A DNA stretch of 61,680 bases, counting the filler. It is 4 parts of 4 records of this genome, joined end to end, with 100 filler letters (N's around TTAATTAATTAA, not from the genome) between each part and the next. Parts side by side here need not be neighbours in the genome. Positions count along the whole stretch, not along the records: positions 17,375 to 37,658 come from SRR20825006_2530; 3 more parts are not named here. One strand, 5' to 3'. Of this stretch, positions 26,476 to 35,871 are shown in pieces (positions within the stretch are counted from its first letter, which is position 1; every line of letters begins with the position of its first letter). A program made the position numbers and the translations under genes. The notes below the pieces were generated by a model. The model saw only the letters and a program-made list of their open reading frames with translations. It was not told the origin of the DNA and searched no databases.

Positions 26476-28767
26476 TCAATGAAGGTGGGGTCGCTGCTGG
26501 CGCAGGAGCGTGTCCCTCAGGGAGTCGAGGACCATCTTCTCGGCCTTGTTTGGGGGGTTGTCACCGAGCACCACCGCGATCGCCAGCGCCAGGGCCTCTT
26601 CGCGCTCGGCGTGGTCAGGCAGCAGCTCCCCGATCGCCTCGCGGGATTCGTTCGGCATCAACCCCGAGATGATGTATTGCTCGTGGAAGCGCTCGAGCAG
26701 CTGCTCTGCGTCGAGCGCGGCAAACCTCGGGTGCTTTCTCGCGACCTCACGCAGCTTCTCGAGCAACAGCGGCTCGATGTCACGATCTGCGCGAGAGAGG
26801 AGGATCGCGATCCTCGCGAACCCCTCCACGAAGCCGCCTGTCGAGATCAGGTTCCTGACCCTCGCGTGGAGCTTCTCGCGCCTCTCGAGCTCCTCTGCGG
26901 TCATGGTTTCGCTGGCCTGAGTGAGATCGCCCGAGAAGATCGCGCCGAGTCCCATCGGCCCATATATCAACTCGAAGAGGAGCTTCGCGCCGTCATCGCG
27001 CGCGTCTCTGTACGCGTTCAAACCATCGGTGATGGATGCGGTGATGACGCGCTCGAGCTTCGAGAAGCTGTTGTCCTTGCCGATATCGACGCGGCGTTTC
27101 TCGACGCTGTTTGCCAGCCTGGGGAGCGCGAGCATGAGCGGATTACGCGATGAGAAGAACTCGTGTTGAGCGCGCGCAGGCAAGCTTCGACGCAGCACCT
27201 CTGCGCTTACCTCGTTCGAGAGCAGCCGCACCCACGGTCGCATCCACGTGCGGTAGGCGGCCGCGTTCAACTCCGAGACAGCCGCCAGCGTGGCAAACGC
27301 GCGCTCGTCCTCGCGGCTGTCATCCATGGAGAGGATGTCCTGAATGCTTCGCTCCACGAAGCGGATGTCGTATGGGGTATCGGCGTCAAACGATTGCTCG
27401 CTGCCATCCTCGATGACCATCTCGTACAACCCAGGCGGAAGGTCCTCGATCGCTTCGATGGCGCCGATGATCGCGGTGTGCTCTCTCCTCGCCACGCGGC
27501 CAGAGACAAAGATCCCGAGGTGTCCGATGTCTTCGTGGAGCGTGTAGACGATGACCTGCTCGTCCTCGAGGATCGACTCGTCGCTCGGGTAGACGTCCGC
27601 GATCCAGTTGAGCGCCTGTTGCGGCGGGGTGATGTCATCGCCGCCAGAGGCAAACACCACGATCGGCGCCTGAACATCGCGCAAACTCACCGTCTGACCA
27701 TCAGACAGCGCGATCTTTCCCGCGCCGAGCTTGTTGCCGATGAACAGGTTGTCGACGATGAAGTCCATCTCCTCGTCGTTCATCAAGAAGAAGCCGTTCC
27801 ACCAACGCTCGAAGCCGAGGTAGCGCGGCCCCTCAGTGTCGACGCGTGACCATACGTTGTACTGTTTTCCAAAGAGCGTGTTGGCCGGGTTGAGGTTCTC
27901 GAAGTTCTGCACCAGGTAGGCGCCATCGAAGAGCCCATTGCCAAGATCCGCGCACATCGACGCGATCCAGGTCCCGCCCATCAGCCCACCCAGATAACGC
28001 ATCGGGTTATTGTCCGCGCCTGCCCAGTAGGACATCGGCGCGCCATTGAGAATGATCGGGCCGGTGACCTCCGGGTTGACCGCCGCGAGGATCGCCACGG
28101 CCCAACCCGCCTGGCAGTTGCCGATGATTGCAGGGTGGGGCGCCTCAGGATGGATCGCGTCGACGTGCTCGATAAAGCGCGCCTCGGCGCGCTTGACGTC
28201 TTCCAGACATTGCCCTGGCTCCGGTCGCTCGCGAAACGCCACGAAGTACACCGCGTGACCCGCGCGCAATGCCACGCCGACTTGGGAGTCTCGCTTGAAG
28301 CCACCGATCCCCGGCCCATGGCCAGCCCTCGGGTCAATGATGACAAAGGGCCTCCTCGCCGGATCGATGACGTGATCTCCAGGCAACACGCGCACCAGGA
28401 AGTAGTTGACGGGCTCATCGAGGTCGGCGCCATCCATGATCATCTCCCAGTCGTACTCGAGCACGGGGGGTTGCCCCGACTTCAGGTGCTCGAAGTACTG
28501 ATCGCCGCGCTGTCGCATGATCTCCGTGTAGAGCACGGAGCGTTGCGCGAAGTCGACGCTGTAAGAGATGAGGTCCTTTGGCGCACGCGCCACCGCTGCC
28601 GGAGAGGGCTTTGGTAATGATTTCAGAGTCTTGGCTCGAGCTTTAAGGTTCTCACGCCAGCTGCGTTTCTTCTTCTTTCTCGAAGATGCGCCGAGGCGCG
28701 AGACTTGATGGCGCATGCCATCGAGGAGGGGGGAGTGCGTCAAGAGATCGAGGGGCCGCGTCGCCAT
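26476..28767 (-). CDS. DUF3141 domain protein (PHA-synthase-like alpha/beta hydrolase fold)
   Basis: IDPRAGHGPGIGGFK, GNCQAG (Cys nucleophile), QNFENLNPAN, GGDDITPPQQAL, IGHLGIFVS; start taken at ATG 28767. Confidence 0.88.
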   Translation of the reverse strand: MATRPLDLLTHSPLLDGMRHQVSRLGASSRKKKKRSWRENLKARAKTLKSLPKPSPAAVARAPKDLISYSVDFAQRSVLYTEIMRQRGDQYFEHLKSGQPPVLEYDWEMIMDGADLDEPVNYFLVRVLPGDHVIDPARRPFVIIDPRAGHGPGIGGFKRDSQVGVALRAGHAVYFVAFRERPEPGQCLEDVKRAEARFIEHVDAIHPEAPHPAIIGNCQAGWAVAILAAVNPEVTGPIILNGAPMSYWAGADNNPMRYLGGLMGGTWIASMCADLGNGLFDGAYLVQNFENLNPANTLFGKQYNVWSRVDTEGPRYLGFERWWNGFFLMNDEEMDFIVDNLFIGNKLGAGKIALSDGQTVSLRDVQAPIVVFASGGDDITPPQQALNWIADVYPSDESILEDEQVIVYTLHEDIGHLGIFVSGRVARREHTAIIGAIEAIEDLPPGLYEMVIEDGSEQSFDADTPYDIRFVERSIQDILSMDDSREDERAFATLAAVSELNAAAYRTWMRPWVRLLSNEVSAEVLRRSLPARAQHEFFSSRNPLMLALPRLANSVEKRRVDIGKDNSFSKLERVITASITDGLNAYRDARDDGAKLLFELIYGPMGLGAIFSGDLTQASETMTAEELERREKLHARVRNLISTGGFVEGFARIAILLSRADRDIEPLLLEKLREVARKHPRFAALDAEQLLERFHEQYIISGLMPNESREAIGELLPDHAEREEALALAIAVVLGDNPPNKAEKMVLDSLRDTLLRQQRPHLH

Positions 28768-28885
28768 GCAAAAACCTCGCAGGGTGATCATTCGAGTGAC
28801 TGGGCCTGCCAAATCCAGCTGCTCGTGTTCGTGATGACGACGACTTGAGAGAGTTTTGTCACAACCGCCCCCGCGAGTTCAAGGC

Positions 28886-30046
28886 TTATCTATCTGAAGG
28901 GAGGACCTCTCCAGTACGAAGCCAATGACACAGAACCTGCGCGGCGAGCCCGATGTTGCCCATTTGACAGTGGCTCTCGGCGCTCTCTGCGCGCGTGAAG
29001 ACGCGCTGCTGGACCCGCGATGCATGGCGCAACGCTTCACGTTGCGCCGTGGCCAGTGATAGAGGCTGGAAGGTGTCTGCTTCGCCAGCCATGATCAAGA
29101 CATCCTGGGTGATTCGCTCGGACGAGATGTGTTCGCGGTTCATCCCCAAAAACCAACCCACGCAGTCTACAGGTTCACTCCCACCGCTGATGTAGACCGC
29201 GTGGCGCACCGAGTGCTCCAGGATCGGGAACATCTTCATCCTCAGGCGGATGCTCCAGTTCATGAACCCGCGTCGTTTGGCCATGCCGTGCACCACGGGC
29301 TCCAGAAACGAGGGGATTTTTTCGAGCCAATCGTAAACGGGAGGCCAGGACACCACGCGCGTGATGCGCTCCTCGTAGGCTGCTGCGCGCAACGCCCAGT
29401 AGCCACCCATCGACATCCCGACCAGGGTGATATCGCTCAAGCCGTAGTGATCCAGGATGTGCCCCACGGGCTTCTCCCAGTCGTGGTCGAAGACAAGCTG
29501 CCCGAGCGTCCTCGCGCTCCCCTGACCTGGTCCTTCGAAGGCGTAGACGTCAAAACCCGCTGCGGCGATGCGCTCCCATATGGGGAAGAACTCTTCGACG
29601 AGCGAGTCGAACCCACCACAAAAGAGCACGACGCCATGTTTCTCGTTGGTCGACGAGCGCAGGATCGAGACGGGCATCCACCCGTCCTCGTATGGCAACT
29701 GATGTCGCTCGATGTCATACGAGGCAAACCCACGCGTGAAGTAATCGAGCGTCGCCTCGAGGCGACGCTTCTTCAGCTCGATATCTGCTGGAGAGGTGAA
29801 GAACTCGGCGCCCTTTGCCATATAGAACGCTGCCCTGTAGTCCTCTTGCTCGGCGGCCTGGAGCGCGTGCTGCTCGAGGACTTCAGGGCAATCATCGAGC
29901 GCTTTGATGTCTGCCGCGGCGCGCTCCAAAATGTGCGACGAGATGCACCCGAAGGCGTGCGCGCGGTTGAGCTGATAGTTGATAAAGTCCTGGCGATGAA
30001 ACCGCTCGAAGCCGACGGGCAACGTGATGAGTTCGTGTTCCTGCAT
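28886..30046 (-). CDS. Alpha/beta hydrolase (FrsA/DUF1100-like esterase)
   Basis: GGFDS, FEGPGQG, GMSMGG nucleophile elbow, HCQMGN; GGAG RBS before ATG 30046. Confidence 0.88.
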   Translation of the reverse strand: MQEHELITLPVGFERFHRQDFINYQLNRAHAFGCISSHILERAAADIKALDDCPEVLEQHALQAAEQEDYRAAFYMAKGAEFFTSPADIELKKRRLEATLDYFTRGFASYDIERHQLPYEDGWMPVSILRSSTNEKHGVVLFCGGFDSLVEEFFPIWERIAAAGFDVYAFEGPGQGSARTLGQLVFDHDWEKPVGHILDHYGLSDITLVGMSMGGYWALRAAAYEERITRVVSWPPVYDWLEKIPSFLEPVVHGMAKRRGFMNWSIRLRMKMFPILEHSVRHAVYISGGSEPVDCVGWFLGMNREHISSERITQDVLIMAGEADTFQPLSLATAQREALRHASRVQQRVFTRAESAESHCQMGNIGLAAQVLCHWLRTGEVLPSDR

Positions 30047-30083
30047 GGTCACTCCAACCTCTGTGTCGAGCGTGTGATTCTCT

Positions 30084-31097
30084 TTAACCTTCGAGGCTCT
30101 CGAGGAGCCTCGCTTCGACATCCTCGGGGATGCCCAGCGGCGCATCTTCGGGCAGCGTGGAAGGGTTCTCCTTCGCCCACGCCATCGTCGCGAGGATCGT
30201 CTCCTCGATCGAGGGCGGCGCGAACCCTGCGGCATAGATTTTTGACGGGTCCAGATCGAGCAACCCCGCAGGTTCATCCGCGAGCCAGAGAGGGACCTGC
30301 ATCCAGGGGGCGAGCTCCTCCTCCAAGAAGAGCTCGCCAGGCGCGCGAACAAGCTCGTGGTTCTCTGGCGCGCACAGGTTACAGATGGTCTCGATGAGCG
30401 CGTCGAAGTCGAGCGCGCGTTGTGGTGAGACAGCGTGAAAGGCGCCGTCGAGCTCTTCCTCGAGCGCGGTGATCATCCATGTCGCCAGCGCGCGAGCGTC
30501 GACACACTGCACGGGTTGTTCAGGTGCGCTCGGGGCGAGGATCTTGCCACCGCGGAGCGCGCGGCGAATCCACCACGTGAACCGCTCGGTGGGATCGTGT
30601 GGTCCGACGATGAGCCCGGGTCGCACGATCAGTGTCCGATCCTCGCCAAAGATGGCGGTCACGCGACGTTCACACTCGGCCTTGAAGGCCGAGTAGTGAG
30701 CCATCGGCGCTTCTTCATCCTCCTCGCCGGTGAACGCGGCGAGCGCTGTCTCTTCGGTCAACCGATGCGTCGAAGCGATCGGCTCCTCTTGAGAATATGC
30801 GCTGATCGAGGAGATGAAGAGGTAGCGTGTGACGGTCGGTTCGAGCAACCTCGCGAGCGCCTCGACCTGGGATGGGAGCTGGCCGCACATGTCGACGACG
30901 GCGTCGAAGTTCTCTCCAGCGAGCTGCTCGATATCCTCGCTGTTTCGATCGCCTACGATGACGCGAGCCCGATCTGCGAAGAGCTCGGGGTTCGAGGTTC
31001 CTCTGTTGAACAGGGTGAGGGACCACCCGCGCTCGAGGCAATACTGCGAAAAGAAACGTCCTGAGAAACGCGTCCCACCGATGACAAGAACCTTCAT
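30084..31097 (-). CDS. NAD-dependent epimerase/dehydratase-family (extended SDR) protein
   Basis: MKVLVIGGTRFSG, LFNRG, ISSISAY, YSAFK (YxxxK), RPGLIVGPHD. Confidence 0.9.
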   Translation of the reverse strand: MKVLVIGGTRFSGRFFSQYCLERGWSLTLFNRGTSNPELFADRARVIVGDRNSEDIEQLAGENFDAVVDMCGQLPSQVEALARLLEPTVTRYLFISSISAYSQEEPIASTHRLTEETALAAFTGEEDEEAPMAHYSAFKAECERRVTAIFGEDRTLIVRPGLIVGPHDPTERFTWWIRRALRGGKILAPSAPEQPVQCVDARALATWMITALEEELDGAFHAVSPQRALDFDALIETICNLCAPENHELVRAPGELFLEEELAPWMQVPLWLADEPAGLLDLDPSKIYAAGFAPPSIEETILATMAWAKENPSTLPEDAPLGIPEDVEARLLESLEG

Positions 31098-31277
31098 GAC
31101 ACGACCTTTTATCCAGGCATTCACGCTGTGATTTAAGACATCCTCCATTGGTATATGGCTGTGACCATGACGGGAAACAAAAAATAGAGCGGCGCGGCGA
31201 GGTCCTCACCCTCCAGCTCGACGATGATCTCATCCAGGCAGAGCAGGAGAGCGGTGAAGATCTCGGCGAGCGCGTAA

Positions 31278-31366
31278 AGATTTTTAGATCTAAAAATCTG
31301 AATGTCTTTTGCTTATATAATCCCTAAGAAGGTTCACTCGGGAGAAGATATCGCTTTGATATCTTC
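31278..31366. promoter_or_regulatory. Two AT-rich palindromes in a divergent intergenic region
   Basis: Perfect 22-bp palindrome AGATTTTTAGATCTAAAAATCT (31278-31299) and GAAGATATC-N5-GATATCTTC (31344-31366). Confidence 0.55.
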
Positions 31367-31463
31367 AGGGTTTTCGAGCGTGGAAGTCATGGGAAGGTTT
31401 GCCTTCGAGGATCATCGTGGCAGAGTGATCCTGATCGAAGAAAACCAACGCGGGCGGTCGAAA

Positions 31464-33539
31464 ATGCACGAGTCACGCTCAGAGCACCTCGACGGCGTCT
31501 TCTCCGAGGCGCGCTCGCTTTGTTCGGGGAAACCTTCTATCGCTGCCTTTGGCAGGCTCCTTCGCCTCGCGCTCTTTGCCTGGGCGCACGCACCCACAGA
31601 GACCGAAGAGAAGCTGCTCCCTTACCTCGATGGCGTCCTCTCGAGATGGCCCGATGAGACGCGATGCCTGCGCACCTTTCGCGCGCTGGGGACGCCTTTT
31701 GCGAGGCTCGCGCGCAGCGCGGAGCTGCGCGATCTGATCCTCTCGGACGAGGACCTCGCCCCGCTCTGGGATGATCGAAATCTCCAGGCATTGCGACACC
31801 TCGACCTCTCTCACAACATGCTCTCGCTCTCGGACCTCGGGAGGTTGCTCGAGAACCTCGGCGCGGACCTCGAAACGTTCGATCTTCGCCACAACGAGCG
31901 CTCCTGGCGCCGCGGCTTTCAACCTGGCGAGACGCGCTATCACTGGTATCCAACCTTCCACGGCGTGCGACCGGAGGTGATCGATATCATCGCCAAATCG
32001 CCGCGCCTTCAGCGCGTCCGACGTCTTGGACTAAGGCTCCCCTGCAAGCTCCCCCTGAATCACAACGATACCCGAATGGGCGAGCTCTGCGAGGAGTCCT
32101 TTCAGACGCTCGCCGCAGACCCCTGGCCAGACCTCGAAGAGCTTTACTTGCAGTCGGAGGGGATGTTTCCCAGAGAATCACTCGAGCCCGCCACGGCGTT
32201 GCTCTCGCGTCTTCGCGTCCTCGAGGTCGATTGCTCGATCCCGTTCGGATACAGATATATGCGAGCGCCCTCGATGCCCCGTTGTGATATGCCAGCGCTC
32301 GAGGAGCTCACGCTCCGAGGCTTGGAGCCAGGGATGGCGCTCGCTGACGCGAGCCCAGAGACGTTCCAGGGTTTGCGCTCGCTCACGCTGGAACACAAGA
32401 CCATCACGCTGCCGCTCTACAGCGACAGCCAACGCTCACAACCTGTCGCCTGGCCCGAGCCAGAGTGCTTTCGAGCGCTCGAAGCTCTCTCGCTCGAGGG
32501 GATCGATCTGACTGACAGAGCCGCCTTCCAGAATATGCTCGCTGCCCTCGAGCACGCGCCGCTGCGCTCGCTCACGCTGGAGTGTTGCGGGTTGGACGAT
32601 GCCAAATGGCGCGAATTGATCGATGTGCTCCCGCTCGAGCAGTTGCGTCGCCTGCGGCTCGGCGAGCTTCGCTTCGAGATCGAGCTGGGCACGCTCGAAG
32701 TGCTCCTCGCCAGATGTACCGGGCTCGAGGAGTTGGCGCTGCGCGGTTTATGGGGAAGCAACAACCTCGCGCGCTCGCTCGGGCGCGTGATGCCGGAAGG
32801 GTTGCGCGCGCTCGATCTGTCAGGTTGGTACGGGCTGCGCTTTGGAGACCTCGAGCAAGTCCTCTGTTTGCCCGCGTTGCAGAGCGTGGAGCACCTCACC
32901 ATCGGACGACAGCGCCCTTGGGACCCGGATCAGACGATGTTCTTGTGGTTCTACCATCCATTCGAGCGTGTTTGGAGCGAGAGGGTCATGCCCGAGCTGC
33001 GCACGTTGCACGTCGGCGATGCGTTCGACCCAAAACTTCTGGCGACAGCGGAGCAGTGGTCGAAGCTCGAAACGTTGAGCTTCTTCGACGTCAAGACGGC
33101 GCCAGAGACCGTGGTGCACATCCTGGAAAACGAGGCCCTCGAGCACCTGTGTGATTTTTCCTATTTGCATGGAGAGTTCGGGATGGAGGCGCTCGAGCCG
33201 TGGCGCGAGCACCCCGCGTTGGCAAACCTCGATCGGTTTCGCGTCGAGAGAAAACCTGGGCTCCCGCGCTGCGTCACCTCTCTCGATGGCTACGGTTCGC
33301 ATCGCTGGAGCGGCGTGTCGACGCAGCTCCTGCTCGATCCCACCCGAGGAGATTACACAGAATGGTACGAGGGTTTCGGGAGCTTCGATGAGCTGCCCTT
33401 GAAGCGATGCGAGGCACTGCTGCGTGCTCGCGTCGGCACGTCCTCGCTGGCGGAGCCCTTGTGTGATCGCAGCGTGCGCGCTTCCCTCGAGGTCGCGCTC
33501 GATAGCGCGATCCGAGGTCAGACCGCGCACTGGACATGA
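31464..33539 (+). CDS. Leucine-rich-repeat protein
   Basis: Many LxxLxL units (LRHLDLSHN, LEELTLRGL, LRSLTLE, LRALDLSG). The ORF is open from 31302, but ATG 31464 is preferred because the upstream part is AT-rich and palindromic. Confidence 0.82.
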   Translation: MHESRSEHLDGVFSEARSLCSGKPSIAAFGRLLRLALFAWAHAPTETEEKLLPYLDGVLSRWPDETRCLRTFRALGTPFARLARSAELRDLILSDEDLAPLWDDRNLQALRHLDLSHNMLSLSDLGRLLENLGADLETFDLRHNERSWRRGFQPGETRYHWYPTFHGVRPEVIDIIAKSPRLQRVRRLGLRLPCKLPLNHNDTRMGELCEESFQTLAADPWPDLEELYLQSEGMFPRESLEPATALLSRLRVLEVDCSIPFGYRYMRAPSMPRCDMPALEELTLRGLEPGMALADASPETFQGLRSLTLEHKTITLPLYSDSQRSQPVAWPEPECFRALEALSLEGIDLTDRAAFQNMLAALEHAPLRSLTLECCGLDDAKWRELIDVLPLEQLRRLRLGELRFEIELGTLEVLLARCTGLEELALRGLWGSNNLARSLGRVMPEGLRALDLSGWYGLRFGDLEQVLCLPALQSVEHLTIGRQRPWDPDQTMFLWFYHPFERVWSERVMPELRTLHVGDAFDPKLLATAEQWSKLETLSFFDVKTAPETVVHILENEALEHLCDFSYLHGEFGMEALEPWREHPALANLDRFRVERKPGLPRCVTSLDGYGSHRWSGVSTQLLLDPTRGDYTEWYEGFGSFDELPLKRCEALLRARVGTSSLAEPLCDRSVRASLEVALDSAIRGQTAHWT

Positions 33540-33543
33540 GCCT

Positions 33544-34161
33544 TCAAGAGTGTCCGCGAATCCATGCCTCGACGTGCGCGGGGATCATTTCCTGGAGGTC
33601 GAGCGGTCTGCACGCCGAGCCGTCGAGCGAGTCCTGATGCATGAGCGCGAGGAAGACCGGCGAGACGAGTGATAGCGCGCCGAAGCGCACGTTCTGCTCG
33701 GGGAGGTCACCGCGTTCGATGAATACCCCGAGCATCTTCTCACAGGCGACGAGCAACGGCTCGAGGACATGCTGCACGTAAGCCTGACCGCTCTGGTTGG
33801 AGGTCATTCCTTGCGCCATCCCCAGTTCGTTGAGGCGACGCAATGCGCCCTCGCGCCAACCGAATGAAAAGAACGTCAGCACGTACTCGAGCGCCTCGCG
33901 CACGCTCTTATCGCCGGGGTTCGCGGCGAGCTGGAGGTAGAACTCGCCATCGGCGCGTGCTTGCTCCATGACGGCCTCGAAGAGGCCGTCGCGGTCATCG
34001 AAGTAGTTGTAAAGCGTCGGGATGGACGTATCGCAAGCTCTCGCGAGGGCGCGCATCGACATCCCCGCGCCTTCCTCGGTCCACGCCTCGAGCGCGGCGC
34101 GAGCGAGCGCCGCGCGCTTCTCTTCGTGATCTGCGTTCACGCTCCCAGGTTTACGACCCAT
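33544..34161 (-). CDS. TetR/AcrR family transcriptional regulator
   Basis: SMRALARACDTSIPTLYNYFDDRDGL HTH signature. Confidence 0.92.
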   Translation of the reverse strand: MGRKPGSVNADHEEKRAALARAALEAWTEEGAGMSMRALARACDTSIPTLYNYFDDRDGLFEAVMEQARADGEFYLQLAANPGDKSVREALEYVLTFFSFGWREGALRRLNELGMAQGMTSNQSGQAYVQHVLEPLLVACEKMLGVFIERGDLPEQNVRFGALSLVSPVFLALMHQDSLDGSACRPLDLQEMIPAHVEAWIRGHS

Positions 34162-34206
34162 CGAATGATCCTACGTCTCGGTACATGGCCACGCTCTGTG
34201 CATCGC

Positions 34207-35613
34207 TCAGGGGTCGTAGGTAAAGATGCAGCGAGTGACTGGCAAGAGCACATCTGCCGCGGCGTAGATGTAGTAATTCTTCCCAGGGACGAGCTCGGCG
34301 GGCGCGCCATCTTCAGGGAAGACCTGTGTCGCGCCCTCGGGAACCTCGCCGTAGACAAGCTCGCCAGTGCGAATCGGCTCACCCATCACCGGGACATCCA
34401 CGCGCCAGAGGGTGCCCTCGGGCAGGTCGAGGTTTGGCGGCCCCATCGGGTTCTCGGAGCCTTCCTCCAAGATATAGAAGCGGCGGATACGGCCCCCTTC
34501 CCACTCGATGGTGCCATCGGTCTTCACGCCTTCATCACCTTTACACTCGCCGACCTCGAACTGACGCTGGAGCTCGAGCACGGGGACCGCGATCTTGCCC
34601 TCGAACTGCGATGGGTCGACGCCGCGGTACTCCAGCTCGTTCAGGAAGAACTCGCGCATGCGCTCCTGATCCGTCGAGGGAATCCCCGAGATCGAGCGAG
34701 AGAAGCCGTTGTTATCCTCGGGTTGGAAGTTGCCCAGGACGGTGGTGTCCTTGACGTTGGCGCTAAAGGCCAGCCCCGAGTCGAAGAAGCCTGCCACGAA
34801 GTTCCCTGGTGCATCGACATACCAGTTGGAGGGACCTTCGGGCGTCAGGCGTGAGTCATGGCAGCAGACGCAGCCGCATGCCTCGATCTCGGATTTGACC
34901 CAGTCGAGCTCGGCGACGTATTCGGGATCTTCGAGGCGAGGATCTTCCTTGGCCATCTCTTCCTCGTTGGCGGGCGCTGGCGAGTAGCCGCGTTGCGAGA
35001 ACGCCACATCGCACGAGGCGTAATCGGCGAAGCGACGGCCCGGTTCGACGCAACCGTTCATGCTGGCCCAGACGCACACTTCGCCTCCCTCGGAGTTCCC
35101 TGCCGGTTCGCCGGGGAGAGGCTCCGAGCAGATCAGACGATCCGGCAAGAAGGCATCCTCTGCCCGCACGAAGGACTCGTCCGGGTCGATCCCCTCGCCA
35201 CCACAGACGCCTTCAGTGACCCAGGCGCCGCCCGCGAAGAGCTCGCAGCCGGTCTTATTCGAGGAGCACGCCGAGGAATCCTCCGAGCGAGGTTGCACCA
35301 CGGAGACGCGCTGCGTGCCGCCATCGACGACGCACTTGCCGAGGTAGGCGACATCCTTGGCGCATTCCTGGCCAGGTCTGAACATGCTGTCATCGAGGTC
35401 GAGGCAGGATGTCTCGGCGTCAGCCTCGGTCCAATCGGTGCCATAGTACTCGGTGCACTCGGGGAGCTTCGAGTTGGGGTTGTACGATTCACAGCTCCCC
35501 ACGAGCTCTGTGGGAATGTCCGTGCTGCGGTTTCTCGCGCAGCCGGTGAAACCTGCGACGATCAAGACCAGCGCCATCGCTGGGTACACTATTGTATTTT
35601 TGGATTGCTTCAT
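34207..35613 (-). CDS. Cys-rich hypothetical lipoprotein with one CxxCH motif
   Basis: Lipobox FTGC; numerous Cys; ACGCVCCHD; GGAGAGG RBS. Confidence 0.8.
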   Translation of the reverse strand: MKQSKNTIVYPAMALVLIVAGFTGCARNRSTDIPTELVGSCESYNPNSKLPECTEYYGTDWTEADAETSCLDLDDSMFRPGQECAKDVAYLGKCVVDGGTQRVSVVQPRSEDSSACSSNKTGCELFAGGAWVTEGVCGGEGIDPDESFVRAEDAFLPDRLICSEPLPGEPAGNSEGGEVCVWASMNGCVEPGRRFADYASCDVAFSQRGYSPAPANEEEMAKEDPRLEDPEYVAELDWVKSEIEACGCVCCHDSRLTPEGPSNWYVDAPGNFVAGFFDSGLAFSANVKDTTVLGNFQPEDNNGFSRSISGIPSTDQERMREFFLNELEYRGVDPSQFEGKIAVPVLELQRQFEVGECKGDEGVKTDGTIEWEGGRIRRFYILEEGSENPMGPPNLDLPEGTLWRVDVPVMGEPIRTGELVYGEVPEGATQVFPEDGAPAELVPGKNYYIYAAADVLLPVTRCIFTYDP

Positions 35614-35871
35614 TGCCGCTTATCCTCTCCTTGTGACAACTCTCGAAGTATTCAGCGCAGAGAGTTGGATGCGGCGAGATCAAAAAAGTATCACAAGTGT
35701 TATAAAATATTTTCAAACGGTTTGCATCGGTCCTCCGTATCGCTCGCATCTCGCGGTCAGCGAGCGAAGAAGCGAGCCTCTGAAGGCAGCGCGCTCGACG
35801 CTACCGTGGTCCTCTTCTATACTCCCGAGATAGTTAGATGTTTGGCGATGAAAGCCTTCCGTGAGGGATAT

